A stretch of 64,000 bases of DNA, taken from the NCBI RefSeq assembly GCF_009914755.1, contig NC_060932.1; one strand, given 5' to 3'. Every line of letters starts with the position of its first letter. Position 1 is the first letter of the stretch. Positions 41,668 through 55,045 of this stretch are shown piece after piece. The position numbers and the translations under genes are program-made. Below the pieces are notes generated by a model. The model saw only the letters and a list, made by a program, of their open reading frames with translations. It made no database searches and was not told the DNA's origin. The DNA is from the human T2T-CHM13v2.0 reference genome, Homo sapiens.

Positions 41668-42798
41668 CATACAAAGTTCAGAATACCAGAAAACTCGCTA
41701 TGAGTACATGAGAAAACTGAAATAGATCCCAAGTGTTTTGTTCCCACACAATAATCTTCCTTCTCTTTCACTTATAATTAACATTTTACATTTTTAAACT
41801 TTATATATTGCTTAATTTTTGCAAAATCTTCCCCTTCCAGTAACATCAGTATATGTAAACCCCAGAAAAATCGATTGTCTCCCTTTGTCCATCTCAAGCG
41901 CTTGAATGGATTTTGGTGAAAACCCAATACTGATTTGAAAGAAGAAGAATAATAAAAAAAAGAACGTACTTTTCACTCCCAATCTTTCTCTGCTATATTG
42001 AGCAATTTTCTGGTATGTTTCTACTTGCCTTTCTTATACTGTCTGCCTGGTGACAAAGACTGATTTCTCAAAAGCAAACCAATATTTGAAATAAGCCCAC
42101 AACATTCGGTTTTAGGATACTAGTAGAAAGATCAAGCATGCATTTTATGAGGCATGCCAGGTTCAGAATTATGCAAAACAATTTTTCATTGCATAAAAAT
42201 AAAAGTATAAACATGCCCTAAACCCATCATTTTTCCTATTCTCTAAAGTAACATTCTTATTTCTCTGAGTTCTTTTCAATTTTTCAAAAGATTAAGACAT
42301 TCTTAGTCATACCAAGCTTTCTTAAGTTAGGACAATTTTCTGATGCTTTTGTATACTTACAAAAATATGTGCATGAGTTTTCTGAAATTTAAACCCACTT
42401 ATTTGGTGGAACCCCCTTATTAGCAAAAACAATTTATATATGCCAAAACAAGCCATTTTATATAGAAATTCCACTAAGTAATAAGGAGATGAGAGAGTGT
42501 TATTATATTTAATACTTTCTTTACATTATTTCCTAAGTTTTAAAATCTAGAATTATTTCTTTTTTTTAGTTAAAATTGGGCTAAATTGGATTTTCTAAAT
42601 TCCAGTTATTTTAAGAGATCAGACAATGGAAACTACTTACTAATGGCAGAACAAGAAGCAGTTCTACCAGAAATAGAAGCTAGTTTTTATTCCATATTGT
42701 GCTAATGTTTCTGACACAACCCACATTTCTTGGAAATAAATTCTGAAAATTAAAACAGAAGTATTAGAACCCATTTGAACTGTAGCAGCTATTTATAT

Positions 42799-43038
42799 TA
42801 GTGTGACTCAAAGTGCGGGTCACAGACTGATGCTGGTCCTCAAAGTGTTACTTGTTCATATTGAGATAGGAAGAAAACTTGAGTTGTTTAGAAACGTTTA
42901 TAGCAATTTGATATTGCTACAACATCCAAGCACACAATTTAGTAATTAGTTTTTATACTTTTCGAAAAAATGTCAATCTGGCAGGAATTGGAAATGTAAA
43001 AATCTTATTCTTTACCACAGAGAGTCTGAGAAGCACTG
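42799..43038. mobile_element. hAT-Charlie MITE (Charlie7a/MER119-like)
   Basis: Termini agtgtgactcaaagtg... and ...tctgagaagcactg; internal tttagaaacgtttatagcaatttgatattgctacaacatccaagc. Confidence 0.65.
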
Positions 43039-43109
43039 CTCTGGAGAACATTTGTGAGACTCTGGAAGAGTTTCAGGTAGAGAAGGAAATGGATAAGAAA
43101 CAACTCTGG

Positions 43110-43228
43110 TGGAAAAAAAAAACGAGGAAGGAAGGGAGGAAGGAAGCAAAGGTGGAAGGAAGGAAACAAGGAAGGAAGAGAGGGAGGGAGGGGGAGGGAG
43201 TGGGGGGAAGGATGGAGGGAGGGAGGGA
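43110..43228 (+). repeat. GA-rich (GGAA/GGGA)n low-complexity tract
   Basis: gaggaaggaagggaggaaggaag...agggagggagggggaggg. Confidence 0.9.
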
Positions 43229-43344
43229 CTTAAACTACTCAGCAACAAACACAAATGAACACAGTAGAAGACTGGAAATGTATGTCCCATGTGAGGGAAA
43301 GATTAATTTTCCCCTTCAAGTGTTCTCATTGATTGTGACTTCTC

Positions 43345-43950
43345 TGTTTAAGTCAGCCTCTTTCCAGCCTCAGGTGACAGAACCCAACTCAACACAGCGT
43401 AAACAGAATGAGATAACCCATTGACTTGCATAAGTGGAGACTCTCGGTATAAAGCTTATCACAGGGATTCTAAAGATTTGGGGTCATTATTATTATTTAT
43501 TCATTTATGCTGTCCCACTCCTTCTCCTACCCCTCTCTCCCATCATTTCTCTGTCAGGATTGTCCTATACTGTTTTACTGTAGATGGGATTCTACCATGT
43601 AGTGGGGAAGAGGGGATAGCTTTTGATGGCGCATGGCTTATGTCATCTTACCTTAGCCACTTCAGAGGTAAGGGGGAGCCTAAGAGAGCAGACATAAAAT
43701 ACCCAAGGAGTATTCTAACGGCCCCACTTATTCAGTGTGCTCAATTTTGTACCATTTCTCACAGCCAAGGAGAGAGGAGAATACATCTATGCACATGTCT
43801 GTGGCCAGGGTGGGTTAGACTGGGGTGGGGCGCAAATGGAGAACTATGATCAACAGCCCCACTGGAAGCACATTGTTAAGGGCAAGTTCCCCAGTGATAG
43901 GGAGATGATGTTATAGAAGAATGGAAGAAGGGCGGAGCAGAACAAGCATG
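43345..43950 (-). mobile_element. old MLT1 (K/L-like) LTR
   Basis: caggtgacagaacccaactcaa...ttgcataagtgga...accatttctcacagccaagg...gaactatgatcaacagccccactggaagcacat. Confidence 0.6.
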
Positions 43951-45524
43951 GAATCCAACAAATATGAGAAGTAGCAGGTGGTAGAAGACATAAGAAAAAA
44001 TTCAATCAGGAAAATGAAAAGGGAAGAAGTGCTCATCCCCAGCAACTTGAGAAAAATAAGATGATATGTTTTTCCAATTCCGTTTTCTCTCTCATACATG
44101 AGGTACTGTGTTTATATTTGAAAATAGTCTGACCCTAATTTGCCCCAGAATTAGAGAGGTTCAGAGTCTTGCTTATGGGACCTCCTATAGACTGGACTCC
44201 TATAGACTCCTGATAGAGGGGTGTGTGATGATCACTATACCCTCTGTAAGACAGACTTCAAGCCAACTGGGTGCCAAATGCTCTCTGATACAAGTCTTCA
44301 TAGCCCTCTATATATTTAGGCTCTGACCCACTCAGGGTTCTAGGAATAATTGTGGTCTTAAGCAGAAGGGATTTGAAGAGCACTATGTTGACAGCCTTAC
44401 CTTATGTATCATCTTGCTTCTGACAACTGAGTATTTATCTTGATTATAGGAACCAGTCTCCACTTCTACCCTGGTATGGCTTTCTCAGCTCACTGCACAG
44501 TTCAAGCCCCTATTTAATAACCCATACAATATCCTTGTTCCTCTAGAAGCAAGGCCTGTGTTTGTGCTAGGCCCTAGTGTTCAGATATGGGCTCAGTACT
44601 CTGGTGACTGAAACAATTGGCCCCTGCCTATTGGGCTATCAGAATAACATCTGTTCCTGATATCCCTTTGGTTGCATCTATTATGTCACCACATTCTTCT
44701 AGGTTAAATTCACCCAGTTCATAGATCTCAACTCAGTTTAGTTGGTATCTGCAGCACCTGATCTATTTCAGGAGGCACATCTATTTCTAGGTTAGTGTTT
44801 CCTACAGTCTTTACTGTCCCTTTGCTGTTAACCTGATTTTTATATGACCAATTACAAATATAATTCATGGAATTAAGAACAACTCAAAAATATTTGCAAG
44901 GTCAGATATTTGATCATTCTTCTAATCTCCCAATTCTGCATCTGTTGATTTCCATTGGTGCCATTCTGTTAGTTAGTGTGCCAGAACCAGCTCAACACAT
45001 TTGCCCTGTTGATAATGGAAACATAATCTGCTCAAATTATCTTTATGAATTGAGAGATTATAATATTACTTTGTAAAATGGAAAACACAATGATGGCTGA
45101 GCATATTTGTTACTTGCTTAGTCTGCCAATAAACCAATGGGTGCATCTACTTCCATCAGAGTAGCTCAGCATATTGCTTATTGGGTCAGATTCTCCTGCC
45201 TCAAATACTGTTGCAAATGTCTTTGTAAGCCCCAATTAACACTTTTAGGCTATTAAGGGGTATAGCAGTGTTTAGCAGACTATTTTGCTGACTGAAAAAT
45301 ATTCTTCTGCACTGGTAATATTCAGACTGATGGGTGAAGAAGAGAAAACTCAGTAAAACATGAGTTAGGACTCAGAATTTAAAGATTCATAATTAGGTTC
45401 ACAGTGTATGGAAATTTTAGTTTTGAAGCAAAGGAAGCTAAAAATAAACTTAAATATAATCAGGAAAAGCAAAGGAGGAGTTTAAAAGTCACGATCCTTT
45501 GTTCTTATTTATAAATTGAAGTGA

Positions 45525-45885
45525 TACTGGTTATTAGAGAAATACAAATCAACGCCAGTTAGAATGGCAATCATTAAACAGTCAGGAAACAGAAGATGCT
45601 GGAGAGGATTTGGAGAAATAGGAACACTTTTACACTGTCGGTGGGAATGTAAATTAGTTCAACCATTGTGGAAGACAGTGTGCGATTCCTCAAGGATCTA
45701 GAACCAGAAATATCATTTGACCCAGCAATCTGATTACTGGGTATATACCGAAAGGATTGTAAATCATTCTACTATAAAGATACGTGCACATGTATGTTTA
45801 TTGCAACACTGTTCACAATAGCAAAGACTTGGAACCAACCCAAATGCCCATCAATAATAGACTGGATAAAGAAAACGTGGCACAT
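45525..45885 (+). mobile_element. L1PA internal (ORF2 C-terminal) fragment without 3' UTR or poly(A)
   Basis: ccagttagaatggcaatcattaaa...gatgctggagagga...caaggatctagaaccagaaata...aaagacttggaaccaacccaaatgcccatcaat...gtggcacat. Confidence 0.9.
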
Positions 45886-46729
45886 CTACTAGAATTCATC
45901 CATGTAAGCCTTCTGCAACAGTGTTTTGCTACCCACTACTAACAATGTAGCACAAAAACAGCTGAATAAAGGAATATGTGAAGCCACAAACACTATAGTA
46001 TTTTACAAACCTTGTCTCTTATTAAGGAACAAGTAGAACTAATGTCATGCAGATTATTCTAAACTGCTATGTTGTATGATATATTCCAAGTAATTCCATT
46101 TTCAATAATGGATTAGGGCTGTTTATTCTTTTGGAAATTCAAAATAAATCTCATTATGAAGCTGCAAACCATTCTGAGGAAAACAAATATAAAAACAAGA
46201 TGAACTTTTATGTCCTTTTCAAGTCTGAACTGCTATGAAAACACTACGATTAGGAAATGACATGTTTTAATGACCAAAATGTTTTCAATGATGCTATTAA
46301 AAATTTCTAAGCTATCTAATCTGAATCTAATACATTTTCAAGTTTTGTTGGTTTTTACCTCAGAATCCTTTGCATCTATCTATTCATTTCTATCTATCAT
46401 TCCGAGACTTCTAAACTGTTACTGATCAAACTCCCTTATTAGGTATTGCTTTTTAGCTTGCAGTCGAGATATAGGTATATAGATTTATTTGTTTATCAAT
46501 TATACAAATGCACCACTGTATTAACATTTATACATTGTAAAATTATACAATGATAAATGCAAAACGTTTAAAAGTAAATATAAATACAAATAGAAGTTCA
46601 AATATTTCTTCTTGCCCATTCAGTGGCTGGCCTTGTATGCCACTTGGGTTATATTCCCCACTCTGAGAACTGGCCTGGACTGTAACTTGCAAACTGTTCT
46701 CTTGCCCCCTTTCTCACCCTTTTTCTGTC

Positions 46730-49108
46730 TGATATGGTTTGGCTCTATGTCCCCACTCAAATCTCATGTTGAATTATAATCCCCAATGTTGGGAGAGAAA
46801 CCTGGGGAGAGGTGATTGGATCATGGGGGTGGATTTCCCCCTTGCTGTTCTTGTGATTGTGAGTGAGTTTTCATAAGATCTGGTTGTTTGAAATTGTGTA
46901 GCACTTCCCCCTTCACTCTCTCTCTCCTGCTCCTGCCATATAAGATGTGTTTGCTTCCTGTTTCCCTTCTACCATAATTGTAAGTTTCCTGGGGCCTCTC
47001 CAGCCATGCATCCTGTATAGCCTGCAAAACCTTGAGTCAATTAAATCTGTTTTCTTTATAAATTATGCAGTCTCAGGTAGTTCTTTATAGCAATCCCAGA
47101 ATGGATCAATACTGAAAATTGGTAATAGAGAAGTGGGACATTGCTATAAAGATAACTGAAAATGTGGAAGCAACTTTGGAGCTGAGTAACGGGCAGAGGT
47201 TGGAACTGTTTGGAGGGCTCAGAAGAAGACAGGAAGATGAGGGAAAGTGGGACTTGTTAAATGGTTGTTACCAAAATGTCCATAGTGATATGGGCAGTGA
47301 AGTCCAGTCTGAGGTGGTTTCAGATGGAGATGGGAACTGGATAAAGGTCATTCTCGCTATACTTTAGCCAAGTTACTGACAGCATTGTGCCCCTGTTCTA
47401 AGGATCTGTGGAACTTTGAATTTGAGAGAGATGATTTGGGATATCTGGCGGAAGAAATTTCTAAGCAGCAAAGCATTCAAGATGTGGCCTGGTTGCTTCG
47501 AACAGCATATGCTCATATATGTGAACAAAGAGATTATCTGAAACTGAAACTTATATTTAAAAGGGAAGCAGAGCATAAAAGTTTAGAAAATTCTCAGCCC
47601 ATCCATGTGGTAGAAAAGAAAAACCCATTTTCTGGAGAGGAATTCAACACTGCAGGAATTTGCATAAGTATAGAGGAGCTGAATGTTAATAGGCAACACA
47701 ATGGGGAAAATGTCTCCAGGGTATTTCAGAGACCTTTGTGGCAGCCCCTCCCATCATAGGCCTGGAGGCCTAGGAGGGAAAAATCATTTCATGGACAAGG
47801 CCTAGGGCCCTGCTGCTCTGTGCAGCCTCAGGACATGGAGCCCTGCATCTGGGCCGCAGCTGCTCCAGCTACAGCCACGGCTAAAAGGGACAAAGGTACA
47901 GCTCTTGTTGTTACTTCAGAGGGTGCAAGCCCTAAGCCTTGGCACCTTCCACATGGTGTTGAGCCTACAGGTGTGCAGAAGGCAAGAGCTGAGGGTTGGG
48001 AGCTTCTGCCTAGATTTCAGAGGATGAATGGAAATGCCTGGATATCCACTCAGAAGTCTGCTGCAGGGGTAGAACCCTCATGGAGAATCTCTACTAGGGC
48101 AGAGCAGAGAGGAAATGTGTGGTTGGAGCCTCCACATAGAGTCCCCACTGGGGCACTGCCTACTAGAGTTGTGAGAAGAGGGCCATCATCGTCCAGACCC
48201 CAGAATGGTAAATCCACTGACGAGTTTCACTGTGTAACTGGAAAAGCCACAAGTACTCAATGTCAGCCCATGAAAGCAGCTACAGGGGCTGGACCCTGCA
48301 GAACCACAGGGCTGAAGCTGTCCAAGGCCTTGGGAGGCCACCCCTCACATCAGTGTGGCCTGGATGTGAGATATGGATTCAAAGGAGATTATTTGGGAGC
48401 TTTAAGATTTAATAACTGCCCTGCTGAAGTTCAAACTTGCGTGGGACCTGTAGCCCTTTTTGTGTTGGCCGATTTCTCCTTTTTGGAATAGGAGTATTTA
48501 GCCAGTGCCTGTACCCCCATTGTATCTTGGAAGTAAGTAATTTGTTTTTGATTTTACAGGCTCAGAGGTGGAAGGGACTTGCCTTGTCTCAGATGAGACT
48601 TTGGACTTGGACATTTGAGTTAACACTGAAATGAGTTAAGACTTGGGGGACTGTTAGAAGGGATGATAGAATTTTGCAATGTGAGAAGGACATGAGATTT
48701 GGGAGGCATAGGGGAGGAATGATATGGTTTGGCTTTCTGTCTCCACCCAAATCTCATGTTGAATTTCTAATCCCCAGTGTTGGGGAGGTACCTGGTGGGA
48801 CGTGATTGGGTCATGGGGGCTTATTTCCTTCTTGCTGTTCTTGTGATAGTGAGTAAGGTCTCACAAGATCTGGTTCTTTGAAAGTGTGTAGCACTTCCCT
48901 CTTCACTCTCTCTCTCTTCCTCCTGCTCCCACCATGTAAGAGGTGTTCACTTCCCCTTTGCCTTCTGCCATGATTGTAAGTTTCCTGAGTCCTCCCCAGC
49001 CATGCTTCCTGACAGTCTGTGGAATCATGAACCGATTAAACCTCTTGTCTTTGTAAATTACCCAGTCTCAGGTAGTTCTTTATAGCAATGTGAGAACAGA
49101 CTAATACA
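46730..49108 (+). mobile_element. full-length MSTA-like MaLR element: LTR 46730-47113, internal 47114-48719, LTR 48720-49108
   Basis: Two tgatatggtttggct...aatac(a) LTRs in direct orientation; internal translation KDLWNFEFERDDLGYLAEEISKQQSIQ; TSD ctgtc/ttgtc. Confidence 0.93.
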
Positions 49109-49139
49109 TTGTCCAACCTCAACCCATCTGTCAGGGGCC

Positions 49140-49692
49140 TGTTTAAAGTGCAAATATGACCATGTTATTCACCATTTAAAAAGTATTCTATAATTCCAAA
49201 TTGACAGAAAGGTAAAGTAGAAACTTCTTAGGTTATCATATAAGGCCTTTTATTATCTAGTTCCATTCTCTCATTATTGATCTATGTTCTAACTAAAAAA
49301 ACTACTCGGTTTTCTGAAATTGAATGCTCTTCATACTTTTAATTTTTATTACAGTGTTTCTTTTAACCAGAATGTGTTTCCTTTGGCTGCCTCCTCTACT
49401 ACTATTTAGAGATTTAGCTCAACAATTTAACATTTGAGATTTAGCTTGACAATTTTATCTTCTATGATATATTTCCGGACACCTTTTGCCAATTCTCTAT
49501 TTCCCTCGTAACAACTATTTTATTGCATTAAAATTGTTTATGTGCTGTGTGAGTCTACCTCTAAGTTGAGATTCTAGAGACAAGTAATCTGACAGAGTCA
49601 TGTTTGTAGATGTTGCAACCTCATACATCTGTGGCAGTTAGAATAATGCCTGGCACATAGCAATAAATGTTTGTGGAATTAATGAATGAATG
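49140..49692 (+). mobile_element. L2 LINE 3' remnant
   Basis: tgcaaatatgaccatgtt...aatgcctggcacatagcaataaatgtttgtggaattaatgaatgaatg tail. Confidence 0.7.
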
Positions 49693-50084
49693 GGAGTGCA
49701 TACCAAAATTACTGGAGAACACTTAGCATATTCTACCTGGTGGCAAATATTACTTTGCAAAAATATTCATTTAGTTATGAAGATATAATTTATCTAAGAT
49801 CAAGTATTTAGTGTCTAGAATGAAATACTGAGTTTAAAATAACTTTTAAAAATGAGTGACAGAGTTCATAAAAGTACCCAATGTTTGGAATGTTTATACC
49901 AATGCCTCTCCTGGTTAGCAAACCTGGCTACTACTTAAAGGACAACTGGATTAGGAAGAATATTTACATTGAGCATTGACATGTGACAACTATATAAAGT
50001 CAAGATTTTCAGTTAACTAATTTTCCATTGCTCTTTAATAGCCTTCAGCATCTTTACAAGGTTGAGTTCTATTTCTATTTCATT

Positions 50085-50340
50085 TAAACTTTCTAAAACT
50101 TATGAATTACTGTTAAATTTTTAGGAAATTCCCATTCAGCATTTGCTAATATGATCATTTTTCTCCTTTAAGTTATGGTGTAATAAGTTATAATGATTTA
50201 TTACCTGATATTGAACCATCTGCATTCCTGTACCATACCTTTCTTGGTAAAGGACATTATTCTTCTGATAGTCATGTATTATATTTGCTAATATTTCATC
50301 TTGATGTTTGGCACTTGCCTTCATAAGAGTAATAGGTTTA
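50085..50340 (-). mobile_element. old L1M ORF2 fragment
   Basis: tgatattgaaccatctgcattcctg...atatttgctaatatttcatcttgatgtttggc. Confidence 0.6.
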
Positions 50341-50469
50341 TATTGTTGATGAGTAATTTGATTTCTTATTTTGTTTTAGAAATCATATGAAATAAGCATT
50401 GAATCAAACTTACCTCAAAGGCTGAATTTAGGAAGGAAATTCTAGCATTTCTATCAAGTCAGGACTTAT

Positions 50470-50712
50470 GATAGCTAACATTCATCAAGTGCTTATTTTG
50501 TGCCAATTACAGTTCAGTGCTTTATGTATTAATTCATTTAAACCCTACAGCATCCCATGAACCAGAAATTTTTATTACTATCCTCATCTTGGGTCAGACG
50601 AATTGAGACACAGAGATGTAAAGTAGCCAGAGTCATATAGAAGTTAAATTGCAGAGTCAGGATTTGAACTCAGGCATTCTGGATCCAGAGCCTACATTCT
50701 TTACCAATATGC
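50470..50712 (-). mobile_element. MIR SINE
   Basis: gctaacatt...gtgcttattttgtgcca...attgagacacagagatgtaaag...gcagagtcaggatttgaactcaggca...tccagagcc. Confidence 0.8.
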
Positions 50713-50962
50713 ATTCTTTTCCCCATCATGTTGCAGAGGAAAATATAAATCTCAGGAATTATTTGTCCGAAGAATCTGACATAATCATTGTTAATTGACC
50801 TAAGACTATTTAAATAATGTAGAATTTATAAGAGAAATACCTTAACTACGTACCATCAATTAATAATATAGATTGGAGACTAACTGTATTTAACTATTTA
50901 AAAACGTAGTTAAAAATATTACCAAAGTAATAACACTGTTTTTTTTTGTTTCATCTTTTCAG

Positions 50963-50988
50963 TAATCTTGACACAGAAGAGCTATGTG
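50963..50988 (+). CDS. NECAB1: NECAB1 26-nt coding micro-exon (probably exon 4), (N)NLDTEELC(E)
   Basis: Acceptor tttttttgtttcatcttttcAG, donor G|GTAAGT. Its first T completes AA from the previous exon (AAT=N) and its last G joins AA of the next exon (GAA=E). Completes the EF-hand 2 loop DTHNTNNLDTEE. Confidence 0.95.
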
Positions 50989-53199
50989 GTAAGTGTTTCT
51001 TTAAGATCAGTCAAACCTATTACTTGCTTAAGAAGGAAAAAGAGTATTGTCTGATATATATCAACCTTGGAATTAATGTTGTATATTAGGAGTTCACAAA
51101 GGAAAAATTAATCGAGATCTCAAGGGATTTATCTTTACCCATGAATTTTGCTCAAGTATGTATTTCACTCCAGAAAGAGTTGGGCCTCATTAGTTCGTTC
51201 ATAGAAGAAGAATTGTTGTTACAATCAGTACATTAGTTTCGCAAGAGCAAATTCTCCACAAGTTTGAATATATTTTTAAATTGATGTTTAATACAACTTC
51301 ATTATTCTCTGCATGATATATTGTGCAGAGCCTTTTGTTACTACCTTACAAAGCTCTCTTCTTGAAATGTAAAAATAACTTTGTCTCATACCTGCCTAAA
51401 CCATTCTGGAGTTGTAAATGTCACTTGCAAAACAAGTGATTCAATGGGGACAGATACATCTTTACAAATGCCTGGTTTAATAGCCTCTTCATTTATTTTC
51501 TTCATCTTTATGGTTGGAACAATAGTTAAAGATTAGAAATATGGAAAGGTAAAATTTTAAAATTTTATTATTTTATGAAAAAATAGAACATTATGAGACT
51601 ATTCCATTTGAAAGAGCTATCTTTCTCTGAATACTGGAAGGTTTAATGTTTTATGTTTTAAGATAAATGTTTAAGATAATACTTTTATTTAAGTTCGATC
51701 TTATTGTCTAGGCTGCTCAAAACATTTTTGGTAGTTAGAGTTGAGTTTTGTCTGAGAACTCCTCATTGAAACTATCAGCATTTCCTGAACATCTTCTAAT
51801 TCTTACAGTTTCAGAATTTACCAAAACCATAAAAAAAGGCCATTTTCTTATATTCAAGAGTGGTTATTTTCCATTTCATCAAAGTGGTAGAGCAACACCA
51901 AAAGATGTTATACGAGAACAAAATATCAGAATACAGGGTTTCAAGGCAATAACTGAACAAAATGAGCATAATCTCCAACAACGACCTTTCAGATTTTCCA
52001 ATGATTGTAAAAAAACTCATGCTTCTTATCCTAGCATAGTGTCCATCTCAGGTTCAGGGAGGAAAATCCAATTGAAATTCAAGATATGTTTATGGAGGAG
52101 CAAGGTACTCCGGTACCAAAGCAGGACATGCTTTTGTTAGTTATGAAATACCAACAGGGAAAATCATGCCATTCTTTCAGACACAGTCAGATAGTAGCAT
52201 TGTGCACACATGGTTAAGTACCTGAAAGTGCCCATATGGACCATTGCCGTGAGGCTTTATGATGAATAGCAGTCACCATAAAGGCCAAGTTGTGGTCCAC
52301 TCTCATCTATGTGCACACAGTCCTGGTCAGTGAAGTGAAAAGATAAAATGGAGAACACAAGATTATCTTGATAATTTCATTAAGGTAGCAGACCCATTTC
52401 CCTAAAATGTCTAGCTATGTCAGGCCAAAGTAATTATTTCCACAAATCATTCATTTATATCTATTTTTTGTTTTTCACTTAACTTTGCCTGGGTAGGCCA
52501 CAGCTGATGACAAAGCAAACTGTTATAAGGGCTTTTAAGATAAAAACACTAAGTGGTTCTTCTTTATTTGCTATGTTGCCTGCCTATTGTCATTAAGGAA
52601 TATTGTGTTATCCTCTGTTTTTCCTTGAAAGTACTTCAAGTTCTAAAGTATGATAGCATATCTCCACTTACTCCTCTACTGAAAAAAATATTTTAAAAAT
52701 ATGCCTTTTTTCTATAATGGAACTAGATTAGGTCCCTATCCTGTATTTATGGAAAAAGCTTTGGCTATGATTTTCCCCCTATAGCTTTAGTTAGGGAACT
52801 GGTATGTGGGGCTTTAATTCAACAGGAATTGTTCTGTGTTTTTTAAATCCAGTGATTGTATTCAGACATGTGTTATAATCCTCCCCCTCTCTGTTCAAGA
52901 ATATGCATTTTAATCTCCAGAGTGTCATTTCATTTCTCATTATTTTGTGAATATAAAGTAAATATTTAAGTTGGATTCTAATCAAAGCCAAATGCTTCAG
53001 TGTTAGCAAGTGAAATATGTCAATTCACACCCAGCACAAATTCCCCCTTGTGCGTGGGAGGGGCAGAACTTGATTGGCATGAAAAGTAGATTTCATATGT
53101 TCTTTCCTAGAAGCCAATTAAAAGTTGCAGGTATGTAAAACTTTAATTCTGAGGCTTTTACTTAATTTGTCAGTTACTAAGTTAAGGACCTAGAATTTA

Positions 53200-53750
53200 A
53201 AATATTTATTTTGAAAAAAATGTGTTTGTAATTTTAATTGTGAAAGTAATACATAACTACTATTTTTAAAATTTAACAGAATTATGTAGGCGTATAAGCT
53301 AACATGTCAATCTTCTGTGCCACTCATTGTCGTCCCCAATACTGAGCTCTACTATTTACTTGGAACATATTCTTCCAGACATTATTATGTGTATATTGAC
53401 ATTGATATATATGTGTACGTGTTGTTGTTTTTTCCAACAGTGAGATTATACTATATGATTAGTGCAGTTGCATCCCCTTTTCCTTCATTTTATTTAAAGG
53501 CTGCATAGTGTCTCATGAACCTTAATTTTTTTCAATCAAGTTCCTTTTAATGGATTTTCAATTTGAATCCAACCTTCCATGGGAAAAACAGGATTGAAAT
53601 AAATATTCTCATATACATTATTCTCACACTCATGTTCAAGTAATTCTGAATTCTGAATGGTAGATTCCCAAACATGTAATTCCTCAATCAAGGCTTCTCT
53701 AAGGTGCACACCCACCAGCAGTTTATAGAAGTGCCAAAATTATCCACTCT
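53200..53750 (-). mobile_element. L1ME-like remnant
   Basis: ggctgcatagtgtctcatg...aataaatattctcatatacat...gtagattccca...cacacccaccagcagtttatagaagtgcc. Confidence 0.55.
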
Positions 53751-54038
53751 TCACATACAATTGTGAAGGCCTTCCTAAATGCATTTTTTTTTTTTTGCCG
53801 TATCTTATCACGATCAGTCAATACATAACTCAGTTTTAATTAGGCAATTGTGTTTGAACTCTGGCATTAAAGCTTTGATTTTGTATTTCTACCATAATTA
53901 GCTATAATCTAAAGCTTCAGGAGTATAATTACTACCTTTCCTGGCCCTACCCTGTTTATGACTGTTTTCATAACCTTACTCATTTTTACTGAACCGTTTT
54001 GCAGATCTTGAAGTTGGTAGTTAAGAATAGATAGTTGA

Positions 54039-54357
<319 letters not shown>

Positions 54358-54570
54358 ATAGGTAGTTGAAATATTTACAGATGAGCGAAGAATAATTGCA
54401 ATGAATGTGCTTGATCTGAAAGCCTTTCTGTAAGAAAGCTTTGTGAGGAAGGTTGAATATATTTAATAGTGTAATTTCTCATCTAGTCGGGTGTTATCTA
54501 CAAAATATTAAACTATTTTAAAAGTTATATGAAGTCTATAAATAAGATGGATAAAAACTGAGGGTACGGG

Positions 54571-55045
<475 letters not shown>

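Noticed and set aside
43012-43424. Pro/Ser-rich and Arg/Lys/Gly-rich ORFs
   Set aside because: Translations of the GA-rich low-complexity tract.
47820-48491. 223-aa plus-strand ORF
   Set aside because: MSTA-int remnant, frameshifted relative to neighbouring ORF pieces.
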